NCBI GenBank assembly: GCA_947085295.1
Contig: CAMTVX010000005.1
Coordinates: forward strand, 2,149-66,148
Direction of reading: 5' to 3'
Length of the DNA: 64,000 nucleotides
Source: an uncultured Alphaproteobacteria bacterium
GTDB taxonomy: Bacteria; Pseudomonadota; Alphaproteobacteria; UBA11222
The position numbers and the translations under genes were made by a program. Positions 1 to 10,232 of the stretch are shown one piece after another (the stretch's first letter is position 1; each line of letters starts with the position of its first letter). Under the pieces are notes generated by a model. That model was not told where the DNA came from, did no database searches, and worked only from the letters and a program-made list of their open reading frames with translations.

Positions 1-270
1 GCCCGCCTTGCGTTCCTTGATGCCGCCAGGATGCCCGGTGTGCCAGTAAAAGGTTTTATCCTCCAGCTTGTTGCCGGTCAGGCGCACCTTTTCCGCATTG
101 ATGACGACAATATTGTCGCCACAATCCATATGCGGTGTAAACGTAACTTTATGCTTGCCGCGCAGACGTACGGCAATAAAGCTGGCGAGACGGCCCAGCA
201 CTGCGCCCTCAGCGTCAATGACCAGCCACTTTTTTTCGATTTCCGACGCTTTCGCCGAATAGGTTCTCAT
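1..270 (-). CDS. rplM: 50S ribosomal protein L13, 5' part only (the gene runs off the window start; ATG at complement of 268-270)
   Basis: My reverse-complement translation from 270 gives [49 protein letters not shown]..., which matches the L13 N-terminal consensus. The ORF is open to the window edge, which is why it is absent from the complete-ORF track. Confidence 0.85.
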   Translation of the reverse strand, partial: MRTYSAKASEIEKKWLVIDAEGAVLGRLASFIAVRLRGKHKVTFTPHMDCGDNIVVINAEKVRLTGNKLEDKTFYWHTGHPGGIKERKAG

Positions 271-586
271 ATACTTTCTCCAAAATCCTGTGCCCGCATT
301 TTCTGGGGCCGGAACTGGGCGCAGTATGCGTAGATTTTAGCGCAAGTCAATACGCAAAATAAGAATAAATTTCATATATATCAATGACTTAAATATACGG
401 TATTATATTACCACACATATCGTCCGAAATTTTCAACTAACACAACTGTCAAAAATGCCTAATAATTAAGCAGCCGTTAATAACTTAATTTTAACTAATA
501 ATCTTTTACCATGATTGTAGATAGTGCCAATCAAGCGCAGAAAAACAAACCTTCACAACCGCTAGTGAATATAGGGGAGAAATCAC

Positions 587-2767
587 ATGTTGAGTTCATC
601 AGTGACACAATCATGGAAGAATTTATCGATTATCAGAAAAATTCCTATTCTGGTTGTGGCCTCGGTTCTGTTTGCGCTGCTAGGCTCAATGGGCACGAGT
701 GAGTTTGTGAATGGCAAGGCGCTTGATGCGTCGGCAGAAAATAAACTATCCGCATTGAGCGAAACCCGCGCCGAAGCGATTACAGATTATCTCAACAGCA
801 TTCGCGCTGATATTGAATTTCAGGCGGAAAATCCCCTGGTGGTGCAGGCGCTGAAAGATTACACGACAACCTGGCCGCAAATCGGTGCCAATCCGCTTGA
901 ACAATTACAAAAGCTCTATATTCACGATAATCCGAACCCGCTTGGGCAAAAGGAAAATCTGGATTTTGCGCCGGACGGTTCTGCATACAGTAATATGCAT
1001 GCCAAATATCATCCCTGGTTTCGCACTTTCCTGCGCAAACGTGGCTATTATGATATTTTCCTGTTCGATAATGATGGCAACATTGTCTACACAGTATTCA
1101 AGGAGCTGGATTTTTCCACCAATGTAATGAAGGGCAAATGGAAAGATACCGATATTGGTAATGTGTTTCGTGGCGCAACGGCCAGCGCGAACACCATCGA
1201 GAATGGCGTAACCTTTGCCGACTTCAAACCTTACGCGCCCAGTTATGATGTGCCGGCAAGTTTTATTTCCGCCCCCGTATTTGATCAGGATGGCAAAAGA
1301 ATTGGCGCCATCGCCTTCCAGATGCCAATCGCCAATATCAATCGCATCATGCAAAGCACAGCGGGCATGGGAGAGACCGGTGAAAGCTTTATCGCCGGTT
1401 CAGATTTCCTGATGCGCAGCGATACCCGCTTCAGCAAGGAAGGCACCATCCTGAAGCGTAAAATCGAAACTGATCAGGTAAAGGCCGCGTTGGCGGGTGA
1501 AACCGGAGTCACTCTGGGTACAAATTATAATGGCACAGAGGTTCTGGCCGCCTATCGCGGTATTGAATTTCTTGGCGCGCAATTTGCCATTGTTACTGAA
1601 ATGACCGGCGATGAAGTATTTGCCGCCAGCAATTCAGCGCGCAATACGATGATGATCGTTGGCGCTGTTATGTTATTGGTCATGGGTTTTATGGGTCGAA
1701 TTTTGGCGCGCGGTGTTGCGCTTCCTATCGCGCATATGACCAATGGCATGCGACAGCTTGCCGCCGGGAACAGCAATATCGAAATTAAGGGGCTAGATCG
1801 CAAGGATGAAATTGGTGCGATGGCCAACGCCATGACTGTGTTCAAGGAAAACGCCGCCAAGGCCGCCAGTCTGGAGCAGGTAGAGGCGATGGCCGCTGAA
1901 CAGGCCCGTCAGGCCGAGCGTGGCAAGCGAATTGAACAATTATCAGCCAGTTTCCGCACAGACATACGCGTCGTGCTTGATCAGGTTGGTGATGCCGTAA
2001 GTCAGATGCAGGCGGCCGCTCAAAGTATGCATGCATCAACTTCTATCACCCAGGACAAGGCAAACGCGGCCGCCCATGCTGCGGAAGAAGCCTCTAGCAA
2101 TGTTGGTACCGTCGCCACAGCGGCCGAAGAGCTTTCCGCATCCATCTCGGAAATCGCGCGACACATTGCTGTTTCCTCGCAAACATCCGGCCAGGCGATT
2201 GAACAGGCCGGGCATACTTCCGCCACTGTTGGATCTCTTACCTCGATGGCCGAAAAAATTGGCGATGTGGTCAATATGATCCGGGACGTGGCGGAACAGA
2301 CCAACCTGCTAGCGCTCAACGCAACCATCGAGGCGGCGCGCGCGGGTGATGCAGGTAAGGGCTTTGCCGTTGTGGCGTCAGAAGTAAAAAATCTGGCCAA
2401 CCAGACCGCCAAGGCGACAGAAGAAATTGCGCAGCAGATCAGCGCGATGCAGGCCGAAACAGTACGCACCAGCACGTCCATTCAGGATATCACCAGCATC
2501 ATCAACGCCATCAATACGGCGGTAACCACCGTTGCAGCGGCAGTAGAAGAACAGGACGCCGCGACGCGGGAAATTTCGTCGAATGCCCAAAACGTATCGC
2601 AAGGCACTCAGGATGCATCCGCGAACATCGCGCTGGTCACAAGCGCAGCAGCCGAAACTTCTGCTGCTGCAACCCAGACCCTCAGCTCGGTTAAATCCCT
2701 GTCCGAGCAATCCACGCAACTACGCGGCAGCATCGAACAGTTCCTCGATGAACTTGCTGCCGCATAG
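587..2767 (+). CDS. Methyl-accepting chemotaxis protein: periplasmic dCache-like sensor domain, HAMP domain and MCP signalling domain
   Basis: 726-aa ORF with GGGGAG 8 nt upstream of the ATG. An N-terminal TM helix is followed by an approximately 270-aa periplasmic domain, a second TM helix, a HAMP domain, and the highly conserved MCP signalling hairpin motif [31 protein letters not shown]. Confidence 0.85.
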   Translation: MLSSSVTQSWKNLSIIRKIPILVVASVLFALLGSMGTSEFVNGKALDASAENKLSALSETRAEAITDYLNSIRADIEFQAENPLVVQALKDYTTTWPQIGANPLEQLQKLYIHDNPNPLGQKENLDFAPDGSAYSNMHAKYHPWFRTFLRKRGYYDIFLFDNDGNIVYTVFKELDFSTNVMKGKWKDTDIGNVFRGATASANTIENGVTFADFKPYAPSYDVPASFISAPVFDQDGKRIGAIAFQMPIANINRIMQSTAGMGETGESFIAGSDFLMRSDTRFSKEGTILKRKIETDQVKAALAGETGVTLGTNYNGTEVLAAYRGIEFLGAQFAIVTEMTGDEVFAASNSARNTMMIVGAVMLLVMGFMGRILARGVALPIAHMTNGMRQLAAGNSNIEIKGLDRKDEIGAMANAMTVFKENAAKAASLEQVEAMAAEQARQAERGKRIEQLSASFRTDIRVVLDQVGDAVSQMQAAAQSMHASTSITQDKANAAAHAAEEASSNVGTVATAAEELSASISEIARHIAVSSQTSGQAIEQAGHTSATVGSLTSMAEKIGDVVNMIRDVAEQTNLLALNATIEAARAGDAGKGFAVVASEVKNLANQTAKATEEIAQQISAMQAETVRTSTSIQDITSIINAINTAVTTVAAAVEEQDAATREISSNAQNVSQGTQDASANIALVTSAAAETSAAATQTLSSVKSLSEQSTQLRGSIEQFLDELAAA

Positions 2768-2783
2768 CTGACTTTGTGCGTTG

Positions 2784-3383
2784 CTATTTTGCGCCGCGCG
2801 CCGCTGCAAAGCCTGGCCGTTCCAAACAACGGCCAAGCCAGGCAGCGACGTTCGAAACTCCAGACAGATCAAATTTCGCCATCTGCAACCAGGCCAGCAC
2901 ACCCGCGACATTCAGATCCGCAACGCTAAAGCCTGAACCCAGCAGATAGTCCTTGCCCGCCAGTGCGCCGTCCAGCACCTTCAGTGCCGCGCCCAGTTTT
3001 TCAGTGGCCGCCGCTACATCGGCATCCGACGTGCCGGCGGGGTTCATGCGCTTCATCAGAATGGTCAGGGCATGCCCTTCCGCCTCGGTCATCGCCCAGA
3101 AGCTCCATTGCAGGGCGCGTCCCTCATCGGCAATATTTTTGGGTTGCAGCTCGCCGCCGTGTTTTTTTACCAGATAGAGATTACAGGCCAGTGATTCCCA
3201 CAAAATCACACCACCATCATCAATGGCCGGTATATGGCCATTCGGGTTGATTTTCAGAAATTCCGGTGTCCGTGTGCCGGCGGGTGTAATCGGCTCAATT
3301 TTGAAATCAAGTCCCAGCTCCTTTGCGGCCCATATGATGCGCAACGCGCGTGACTGGGCGACCCCGTAAATAGTAAGTGCCAT
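2784..3383 (-). CDS. Glutathione S-transferase family protein
   Basis: 199 aa with a GST N-terminal thioredoxin-like fold (AQSRALRIIWAAKELGLDF...INPNGHIPAIDDGGVILWESLAC) followed by a helical C-terminal domain. Confidence 0.8.
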   Translation of the reverse strand: MALTIYGVAQSRALRIIWAAKELGLDFKIEPITPAGTRTPEFLKINPNGHIPAIDDGGVILWESLACNLYLVKKHGGELQPKNIADEGRALQWSFWAMTEAEGHALTILMKRMNPAGTSDADVAAATEKLGAALKVLDGALAGKDYLLGSGFSVADLNVAGVLAWLQMAKFDLSGVSNVAAWLGRCLERPGFAAARGAK

Positions 3384-3489
3384 GCTACTCTCCCTGCGTT
3401 ATGGACATTCCGTGGCCGGAAGCCCTATTATTCCAGTCCTGCTATTTGATCAGAAAAACACCTATGACACAATGCACAGGCTAGCCCGC

Positions 3490-3972
3490 ATGGAAAATGA
3501 AAATTATCGCGACGAAGATATCGCCCGCATCCTGAAAGCCACCAGGACCATTGCGGTTGTCGGTGCCAGCCCGGAACGCAACCGGCCCAGCTATAGTGTG
3601 ATGCAGTTTCTGCAAAAACGTGGTTTTCGTATTGTGCCTGTAAATCCGCGCGCCAGCGGTGAAATGATTTTGGGCGAAAAAGTCTATGCAAGCCTCGCAG
3701 ACATCCCCTTTCCCATTGACATGGTGGATATTTTTCGCACGTCCGACGCCGCCGGGCAGGTCAGCGACGAGGCGATCGCGATAAAAGCAAAATGCGTCTG
3801 GATGCAATTGGGTGTGCGCAACCCCGCCGCCGCCGAACGCGCCCGCGCCGCCGGACTGCAAGTCGTCATGGATCGTTGCAGCAAAATTGAATATGGACGC
3901 CTGTCCGGACAGATCGGTTTTATGGGCGTGGACACCGGCATCATCAATAATTCACGCCGCCGCCGCGTATAA
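3490..3972 (+). CDS. CoA-binding domain protein (YccU-like)
   Basis: The motif ILKATRTIAVVGASPERNRPSYSVMQFLQKRGFRIVPVNP is typical of CoA-binding Rossmann-fold proteins. The start is uncertain (ATG at 3472 or 3490; the track ORF begins at 3382), and there is no strong SD. Confidence 0.6.
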   Translation: MENENYRDEDIARILKATRTIAVVGASPERNRPSYSVMQFLQKRGFRIVPVNPRASGEMILGEKVYASLADIPFPIDMVDIFRTSDAAGQVSDEAIAIKAKCVWMQLGVRNPAAAERARAAGLQVVMDRCSKIEYGRLSGQIGFMGVDTGIINNSRRRRV

Positions 3973-3982
3973 GGAGAATACA

Positions 3983-5257
3983 ATGACCACTTATGGCTTT
4001 GACACTTTATCCATTCATGCAGGCGCCGCACCCGATCCCACCACCGGCGCGCGTATTACACCTATTTATCAGACCGCATCCTATGTGTTTGATGACGTCG
4101 ATCATGCGGCCGCATTATTCAACCTCCAGGAATTTGGGAATATTTATTCGCGCATCACCAATCCAACTAATTCGGTATTGGAAGCGCGCATCGCAGCCCT
4201 GGAAGGCGGCAGCGCAGCCCTGGCTGTATCGTCCGGGCATGCCGCGCAATTCATTGTTTTTCATACTCTGATGGAAAATGGCGATGAGTTTGTGGCGGCC
4301 AACAAACTCTATGGCGGATCAATGAACCAGTTTTCCCACGCCTTCGCCAAAATGGGCTGGCACGTGAAATGGGCCGAGGCAACCGAGCCGGAAAGTTTCC
4401 GCCGCGCCATCACCCCAAAAACCAAAGCGATTTTCATCGAAAGCCTGGCCAATCCGGGCGGCATTGTGATGGACATTGCCGCCATCGCCAAAATCGCCAA
4501 CGAAGCTGACATTCCACTGATCGTCGATAATACACTGGCCACGCCTTATCTGTGCCGACCGCTGGAACATGGCGCGGATATTGTCGTGCATTCGGCCACC
4601 AAATTTCTGGGCGGACACGGTAATTCCATCGCTGGTTTGATCGTTGATGGTGGAAAGTTCAACTGGTCTAACGGAAAATATCCATCACTTTCGGAACCAT
4701 CTCCCAGCTATCACGGTATGAAGCTGCACGAAACCTTTGGCAATCTTGGTTTTGCCATTGCCTGCCGTGTACTTGGGTTGCGCGATCTTGGCCCTGCCCT
4801 TGCGCCGATGAATGCATTTCTGGTGCTGACCGGGATGGAAACGCTGGCGCTTCGCATGCAACGCCATTGTGAAAACACGCTGGCCGTCGCCAAATATCTG
4901 CAAAATCATATACAGGTTGAATGGGTGTCCTATGCCGGACTGGCCGATAGCCCGTTTCATAAACTTGCAGCGCGCTATCTGCCAAAGGGCGCAGGCGCGG
5001 TTTTAACCTTCGGCGTCAGGGGCGGATATGATTCGGGTGTAAAACTGGTCAGCGAAGTAAAACTGTTCAGCCACCTAGCCAATATTGGCGACACACGCAG
5101 CCTGATCATTCATCCATCATCAACCACCCACCGCCAGCTTGATCCAGCGTCCGCAAAAACCGCCGGTGCCGGGCCAGACGTGGTGCGCCTTTCCGTCGGT
5201 ATCGAGGATGTGGCCGATATTATCGCCGACCTGGATCAGGCGCTGGCGACGCTTTAA
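3983..5257 (+). CDS. metY: O-acetylhomoserine aminocarboxypropyltransferase / sulfhydrylase (PLP-dependent)
   Basis: [62 protein letters not shown]... belongs to the Cys/Met metabolism PLP enzyme family. The preceding AAGGAG (3970-3975) places the start at 3983, not at the track's 3812. Confidence 0.85.
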   Translation: MTTYGFDTLSIHAGAAPDPTTGARITPIYQTASYVFDDVDHAAALFNLQEFGNIYSRITNPTNSVLEARIAALEGGSAALAVSSGHAAQFIVFHTLMENGDEFVAANKLYGGSMNQFSHAFAKMGWHVKWAEATEPESFRRAITPKTKAIFIESLANPGGIVMDIAAIAKIANEADIPLIVDNTLATPYLCRPLEHGADIVVHSATKFLGGHGNSIAGLIVDGGKFNWSNGKYPSLSEPSPSYHGMKLHETFGNLGFAIACRVLGLRDLGPALAPMNAFLVLTGMETLALRMQRHCENTLAVAKYLQNHIQVEWVSYAGLADSPFHKLAARYLPKGAGAVLTFGVRGGYDSGVKLVSEVKLFSHLANIGDTRSLIIHPSSTTHRQLDPASAKTAGAGPDVVRLSVGIEDVADIIADLDQALATL

Positions 5258-6322
5258 TTATTTTCCAGAAAAGTTGAAATTGGCGCTGGCCTCCCCCTGT
5301 GCCGCTTTCCATAAATCAGCCATCAGAATATCCGCCGCCGCCACGGAATAATGTATTGGATCCCAATAATTGGTGTCCGTCGTCGTAAGTGGACTTTCAA
5401 TTAAAAAATCAGCAACAACCGCGTTTGGAATTTGCGCTGCGATCGCGCCAATACGCTTTTTGCATTCAGCCCACTCGATGGCACTCTGGCTTCCTGGAAC
5501 GGATTGCCGCGCAAAATGATATGGCGCTATGAATAATATTTTTTGGGTTGCAGCGGGAAGCCCTGTCAACATCTCTTGCAGAAGTGGCAATGCAGGATAA
5601 TTTAATGTCGCCGGATCAATCACCGGATCGGCTTTTGCTTCGGCAATTCCGTTTTTGCGTGAAATTGCCAATGCCGCCTGTACCTTGCCAAGATCATATG
5701 CCGCAATATCCGGTAGAAAATTGGTATACCCATCGCGGCCATATTTTAATCGCCGCACGCCCAGCATGGTTCCTGCCTGCCGTCCCGCCTGTTCTATCGT
5801 ATGCAAATCAAACTGATGCAGAAAATCATTATACGGATTATCGTCATACATCCATTCCGGGAACGGTCGTGGCGTGTATTTCTCCAACTCTTCGCCGACC
5901 TTGCACCAGACCAGATCAACGCCCAGTATCACTGCCTTTGCATCGAGATGATGACGGGAAAAAACCTCAAGCAACCGGTATTGCTCATACGCAGTGGCGC
6001 TGTTCATGGACAGATTGACAAAACGCGCGGAAAAAAGTGAATTCAGCGCTTCCGGCCGCAGCAAACGCCCGATGGATGTGCTGATCACCACACTGTCATA
6101 TTCCGTCTTGCGCGCCAGCGCCGGGAATGAAAAGCGCGCGTTGGATGCAATCGGCACGCGATCCAGTGGCGGCGAAAATGGCAGCGTATCAAATGGATCA
6201 ATGATAAAGATCAACAGGTATAAAAATACGCCCAGCCCAATGCCGCCGCCAAAAAACCAGCGGGCAAACCGCGACCAGGCCCCTGCCCCGGCGCCCTCAG
6301 AACTGGAAGTAGATAAATTCAC
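5258..6322 (-). CDS. Single-pass periplasmic protein, probable partner of the upstream MBOAT acyltransferase (AlgJ/AlgX/DltD-like role; family unassigned)
   Basis: 359-aa ORF with one N-terminal TM helix (FFGGGIGLGVFLYLLIFII) and then a soluble domain. It overlaps the MBOAT stop, so the two are likely translationally coupled. A likely GTG start at 6322 is preceded by GGGGGG; the track start at 6337 is also GTG. Confidence 0.45.
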   Translation of the reverse strand: MNLSTSSSEGAGAGAWSRFARWFFGGGIGLGVFLYLLIFIIDPFDTLPFSPPLDRVPIASNARFSFPALARKTEYDSVVISTSIGRLLRPEALNSLFSARFVNLSMNSATAYEQYRLLEVFSRHHLDAKAVILGVDLVWCKVGEELEKYTPRPFPEWMYDDNPYNDFLHQFDLHTIEQAGRQAGTMLGVRRLKYGRDGYTNFLPDIAAYDLGKVQAALAISRKNGIAEAKADPVIDPATLNYPALPLLQEMLTGLPAATQKILFIAPYHFARQSVPGSQSAIEWAECKKRIGAIAAQIPNAVVADFLIESPLTTTDTNYWDPIHYSVAAADILMADLWKAAQGEASANFNFSGK

Positions 6323-7700
6323 TTTGTAACCCCCCACCGATCAGCAGGATTAGAAAAACTGCCGCACCGCCCGCCAGCAATCCCATCGGCCGCCACGGGC
6401 GCAACTGTTGCAGAATGGCCGCCTGGCTGGATGGCCCGCTTAACGCCGCCAGCGTTCCCACCGCCAGCACAACATAATTCAACGTCGTACCGATAACCGC
6501 ACCGCCAAATCCGTTCTGCCCAATCAATGATCCATATATCGACCATGTTGCCGAAAAACTCTCGGTACGGAACAATATCCAGGTCGCGCCGACAAACAGC
6601 GTCATGCACAGCCAACCCAGCAAGGGCGGCATGGAAAACCCGGCGCGGCGCCAAAATATATTTGCCGCAACCCCTGCCCCATGCATCGCACCCCAAACCA
6701 CATAGGTCCAGTTCGCGCCATGCCACAGCCCGCCAACCAGCATGGTCAAAAACATATTGCGCGCCTGATACCATACGCCGCCGCGATTGCCGCCAAGTGG
6801 AATATACACATAGTCACGCAGAAACCGGCTAAGCGTCATATGCCAGCGCCGCCAGAAATCCTGAATACTTGTCGCCATATGTGGGCGATCAAAATTAAAC
6901 GGAATGAAAAATCCAAACATCAGCGCCATGCCAATCGCCATATCCGTATAACCGGAAAAATCAAAATATAGTTGCAACATATAGGCAAGCATTGCCAGCC
7001 ATGCTTCGCCCAGATTCAGCGTGCCCCCCTCAAGCACCCGCTTGAAAAGCGGCGAGCACATGCGCGCAGCGCTATCCGCAATTAAAACTTTTTTCGACAG
7101 GCCCACCAGAAACATAATGCCACCGCGCGACATCCGCTCGCTTAATCCCGCACGCATCGGGTTCAGGTGAAACTGTCCGATAATTTCATTATGCCGTACA
7201 ATCGGCCCGGAAATCAGATGCGGAAAAAATGCCACGAACAAAATATAATCGCGCAGGCCGTGCACGATCACTTCCTCCCCCCTTGCAGCGGCGCGCCGCA
7301 TATCCATCAGATAAGAAATATGCTGAAACGTAAAAAAACTGATCCCAAGCGGCAGGATGATTCCAACCGGTTCATGGCTCCAACCACCAATGGCCGCCAG
7401 ACTGCTGGTCAAAAAATCTGCATATTTGAAAAGCGCGATAACGCCAACATTGAACAGTACACCCGCCAACAGCAACCACTCAAATTGCCGCATGCGCGCA
7501 AAGGCCTGCGCAATCAGCCAATTGCCAAACGTGGAGGCAAGCAGGATCGGCAAAAACCGTATATCCCAATAGCTGTAAAAAATCAGTGACGCGATAACCA
7601 GCGCCCAAAGGCGTAAGGCAACACGCTCCGACAACGCATAATAAATCCCCAGCGAGAGGGGTAAAAACAACAGAATAAAAACTTCTGAATTAAATAACAT
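6297..7700 (-). CDS. MBOAT family membrane-bound O-acyltransferase (AlgI/DltB-like)
   Basis: 467 aa and polytopic, with the conserved MBOAT histidine region ...LVGGLWHGANWTYVVWGAMHG.... The start overlaps the stop of the upstream SDR-like gene. Confidence 0.8.
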   Translation of the reverse strand: MLFNSEVFILLFLPLSLGIYYALSERVALRLWALVIASLIFYSYWDIRFLPILLASTFGNWLIAQAFARMRQFEWLLLAGVLFNVGVIALFKYADFLTSSLAAIGGWSHEPVGIILPLGISFFTFQHISYLMDMRRAAARGEEVIVHGLRDYILFVAFFPHLISGPIVRHNEIIGQFHLNPMRAGLSERMSRGGIMFLVGLSKKVLIADSAARMCSPLFKRVLEGGTLNLGEAWLAMLAYMLQLYFDFSGYTDMAIGMALMFGFFIPFNFDRPHMATSIQDFWRRWHMTLSRFLRDYVYIPLGGNRGGVWYQARNMFLTMLVGGLWHGANWTYVVWGAMHGAGVAANIFWRRAGFSMPPLLGWLCMTLFVGATWILFRTESFSATWSIYGSLIGQNGFGGAVIGTTLNYVVLAVGTLAALSGPSSQAAILQQLRPWRPMGLLAGGAAVFLILLIGGGLQSEFIYFQF

Positions 7701-8565
7701 GTCGTCCCGCTATTTCGTCCGCCATCCGCATTCGCGCCAACCCTTCCTCAAATGTGCAGGGCGTTACCCCAAGCCGCGCCTGCATAGGGCCAATATCAAA
7801 TGCCTTGTCTTCTAGCAAGCGGCGCACTTCGTCCTGCGCAATTGATGGCAGTCCGGGAACAAATCGCGTCACCCAGGCCAGCATCAGCATGCCCCATAAC
7901 GGGATGGAAATCACGCGCACCCGACGCCCCGCCACACGGCCACAAACCCCAATAATTTCGGCATATGTCAGTGGCTGTGGGCCCGCGATAATGATGGGAT
8001 CATTTCCCGTTTCCGGTTTGATCGCGGCCAGTAAACACTGCACCACATCATCGCGGTGAATGGGCTGTAACAGCGCCCTGCCCTGTTGCGGCAGCGGCAC
8101 GAGCGGCGTCCACCGCACAATTTTCAGAATACGGCTGATATTATTATCCGCCCCGCCATAGATCATTGTGGGATGTAGAATAAGCCCATTCAGACACTGT
8201 CCATGCACCGCTTCCGCATCCAGCATCTCGGCGGCTTTCTGGTCCGGGAACCGGGTGAATTTACGGGTCGATCCCAGCGTAATCAAGCGCACTTCACCAC
8301 GCGGCAGCGCTGTCATAATCCGTCGCGTATGTCGGGCATGCGCCACATTGATCACGCACACCGCATCGCCCAATATTTTGCGCAGTACAGAGGCATCGCC
8401 TTCAAGATCAGCAGCGCGCGGATGAACGGCGTCGCCCAGTTCTTGCAGGCGCGACACGTTGCGTGCAATGGCGACGACCTCAATGCCCTGGGCAAGCAGC
8501 CTCGCCACCAGTGCGCGACCTACATTCCCTGTCGCACCAATAACCGCTATACGCAGTCCTTTCAT
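7690..8565 (-). CDS. NAD(P)-binding epimerase/dehydratase-like (atypical SDR) protein
   Basis: The N-terminal Rossmann motif IAVIGATGNVGRALVARLLAQG defines it. It is 291 aa, and the 11-bp overlap with the MBOAT start and the 4-bp overlap with the upstream MscS stop suggest an operon. Confidence 0.7.
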   Translation of the reverse strand: MKGLRIAVIGATGNVGRALVARLLAQGIEVVAIARNVSRLQELGDAVHPRAADLEGDASVLRKILGDAVCVINVAHARHTRRIMTALPRGEVRLITLGSTRKFTRFPDQKAAEMLDAEAVHGQCLNGLILHPTMIYGGADNNISRILKIVRWTPLVPLPQQGRALLQPIHRDDVVQCLLAAIKPETGNDPIIIAGPQPLTYAEIIGVCGRVAGRRVRVISIPLWGMLMLAWVTRFVPGLPSIAQDEVRRLLEDKAFDIGPMQARLGVTPCTFEEGLARMRMADEIAGRHVI

Positions 8566-9513
8566 ACAGCCTTGGCAGCTTCGCGTTTTGGCGCCACCAT
8601 CTCGATGCCATTTTCCTTAAACGCCCGCACGATGGCCAGCATCACCTCGCTGCGCGGCCTGACCCGCCCATCGCAAACAATATCATCTATCCAGAAGCTC
8701 AGTACAAAACTGATGCCTTCTCCGACAAAATCCTGCAAATAACAGTGTACAGGATTGTGTTTTGAACAGGATGGATGCGCGCTGGCGGCCGCCACCATTA
8801 ATTTTTGCGCCAGATCAATATCCGCGCCATAAGCGACATGAATTCGAATTTCGATCTGCACGCCACTGTTCGAATGGGTCCAGTTGGTGACCCTGCTGGA
8901 AATAAAATCATCATTCGGCACCATGATTTCGCGCCCGTCGCCCGTATCGATCAGCGTGTATCGTGTGCCGGTATGGCGCACGATCCCGGAAATGCCACCG
9001 CCCAAATCCACCAGATCGCCATTCTTGACCGATTTTTCGACCAGCAGAATAATCCCGCTGATGAAATTCGCAGTGACCTTCTGCAACCCCAGGCCAAGCC
9101 CAACACCCAGTGCGCCGCCAAACACCGCAAACGCCGTCAGATCAATGCCCAGCAGATCCAGCGTGACCATGAACAGAATGAAATACAGCACAACCTGCAA
9201 CGCCTTGGTCAGCAGCGCGCGATTATTGGCCTCAAGCCAGATCAGCCGTCCGATGGATTTTTCGACAATGCCCGATATCAGGCTGGCCGTCCAAAGCAGG
9301 AAGATGATCCCGAACAAGCCGCTTAGAATGCTGTAAAACGAGATTTCCGCCGCGCCAACCTTGAACGTCAGCCGGTCCGACTCCAGCACCTTACGGATAG
9401 GCTCCAGCAGATCAAAATAGCCAAGCAGCGCGACGCCAACCGCAATAACGCCGATCAGCGCCAGCGAGGTGCGCCTGCCCGGCTTCAGGATGGCAAGGAT
9501 TGTATCTTTCATG
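8562..9513 (-). CDS. Mechanosensitive ion channel, MscS family
   Basis: TM helices followed by the MscS beta domain (...VTANFISGIILLVEKSVKNGDLVDLGGGISGIVRHTGTRYTLIDTGDGREIMVPN). I chose the start at ATG 9513 (MKDTIL, GGGGGA SD) over the track's 9563. Confidence 0.75.
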
Positions 9514-9543
9514 CGATGATGATTATCCCCCAACAGCACCTGG

Positions 9544-9930
9544 CTACCACAGCATCTTGACATCGTAAGCAGCGAACGCAGTATCGGGACTGATCAGCGT
9601 CAACCCCTCAATTTCAGCCTGCGCAATAAGTAATCGGTCAAAGGGATCCTTGTGATGCAATGGCAATTCACCCGCAAAAATCCCGTGCGCCATGCTTACT
9701 GGCAAAACTGCTACGTTCAAGCGTCCAAGCGCATCCCTTACCAGGGCCGAAGGTTGCCTATCCAGTGTGAGTTTTCCCAAGCGATGTTTTAAGGCTATCT
9801 CCCATCCCGACACGGCACTCAACACGACATCATTCGTTTGATCGACCAACAGCAGGCGTACTTCTGGTGACAACTTATCGGGTTCAGCCATCCACCACAA
9901 AAAAACACATGTATCCAGCAATAGGTTCAT
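9544..9930 (-). CDS. vapC: Type II toxin, PIN-domain ribonuclease (VapC-like)
   Basis: 128 aa with the PIN signature (MNLLLDTCVFLWW... D6 ... SAVSGWEIALK). It overlaps the upstream antitoxin gene by 4 bp. Confidence 0.8.
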   Translation of the reverse strand: MNLLLDTCVFLWWMAEPDKLSPEVRLLLVDQTNDVVLSAVSGWEIALKHRLGKLTLDRQPSALVRDALGRLNVAVLPVSMAHGIFAGELPLHHKDPFDRLLIAQAEIEGLTLISPDTAFAAYDVKMLW

Positions 9931-10157
9931 CCAGTAGTGCCGCCAAATTCCTCGGGCAGCGGATCATTAAAATCATCAGGGACAGAAAATTTACCGGCAT
10001 ATAATCCCATAGGCCTATCTCCTAACTGACGTATCGGCACTAATCGCGCCACCGGGGTGCCATCCCTTGCAATGACGACCTCCTCACCCCGGCATGCCCG
10101 CTCAATCAGTTTGGACAACTGTGTTTTGGCTTCATGCATATTTATCGTGATGGTCAT
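9927..10157 (-). CDS. Type II antitoxin, Phd/YefM family
   Basis: 76 aa (MTITINMHEAKTQLSKLIERACRGEEVVIARDGTPVARLVPI), a typical Phd/YefM N-terminal region, and it is coupled to the PIN toxin gene. Confidence 0.75.
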   Translation of the reverse strand: MTITINMHEAKTQLSKLIERACRGEEVVIARDGTPVARLVPIRQLGDRPMGLYAGKFSVPDDFNDPLPEEFGGTTG

Positions 10158-10168
10158 CTGAACAAAAT

Positions 10169-10192
10169 CCTTAGCTAAGAGATTAGCTAAGG
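10169..10192. promoter_or_regulatory. Perfect 9-bp inverted repeat CCTTAGCTA-agagat-TAGCTAAGG, probable autoregulatory operator of the antitoxin-toxin operon
   Basis: Seen directly in the sequence, 12 bp upstream of the antitoxin start codon, in the position typical for type II TA operators. Confidence 0.45.
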
Positions 10193-10232
10193 ATGCCCAA
10201 ATCCGGCGTCGAAGTCAATAATAAAGCCCATC

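Noticed and set aside
31-333. 100-aa + strand ORF at the window start
   Set aside because: It is antisense to the clearly recognisable rplM coding sequence (minus-strand translation from 270 gives the L13 N-terminus), so it is a spurious ORF in a GC-rich region.
2806-2840. Hairpin CCTGGCCGTT...AACGGCCAAGCCAGG as a bidirectional terminator between the MCP and GST genes
   Set aside because: It lies inside the 3' end of the GST coding sequence, not in the 16-bp intergenic gap. It may still contribute to termination, but it cannot be separated from coding constraint.
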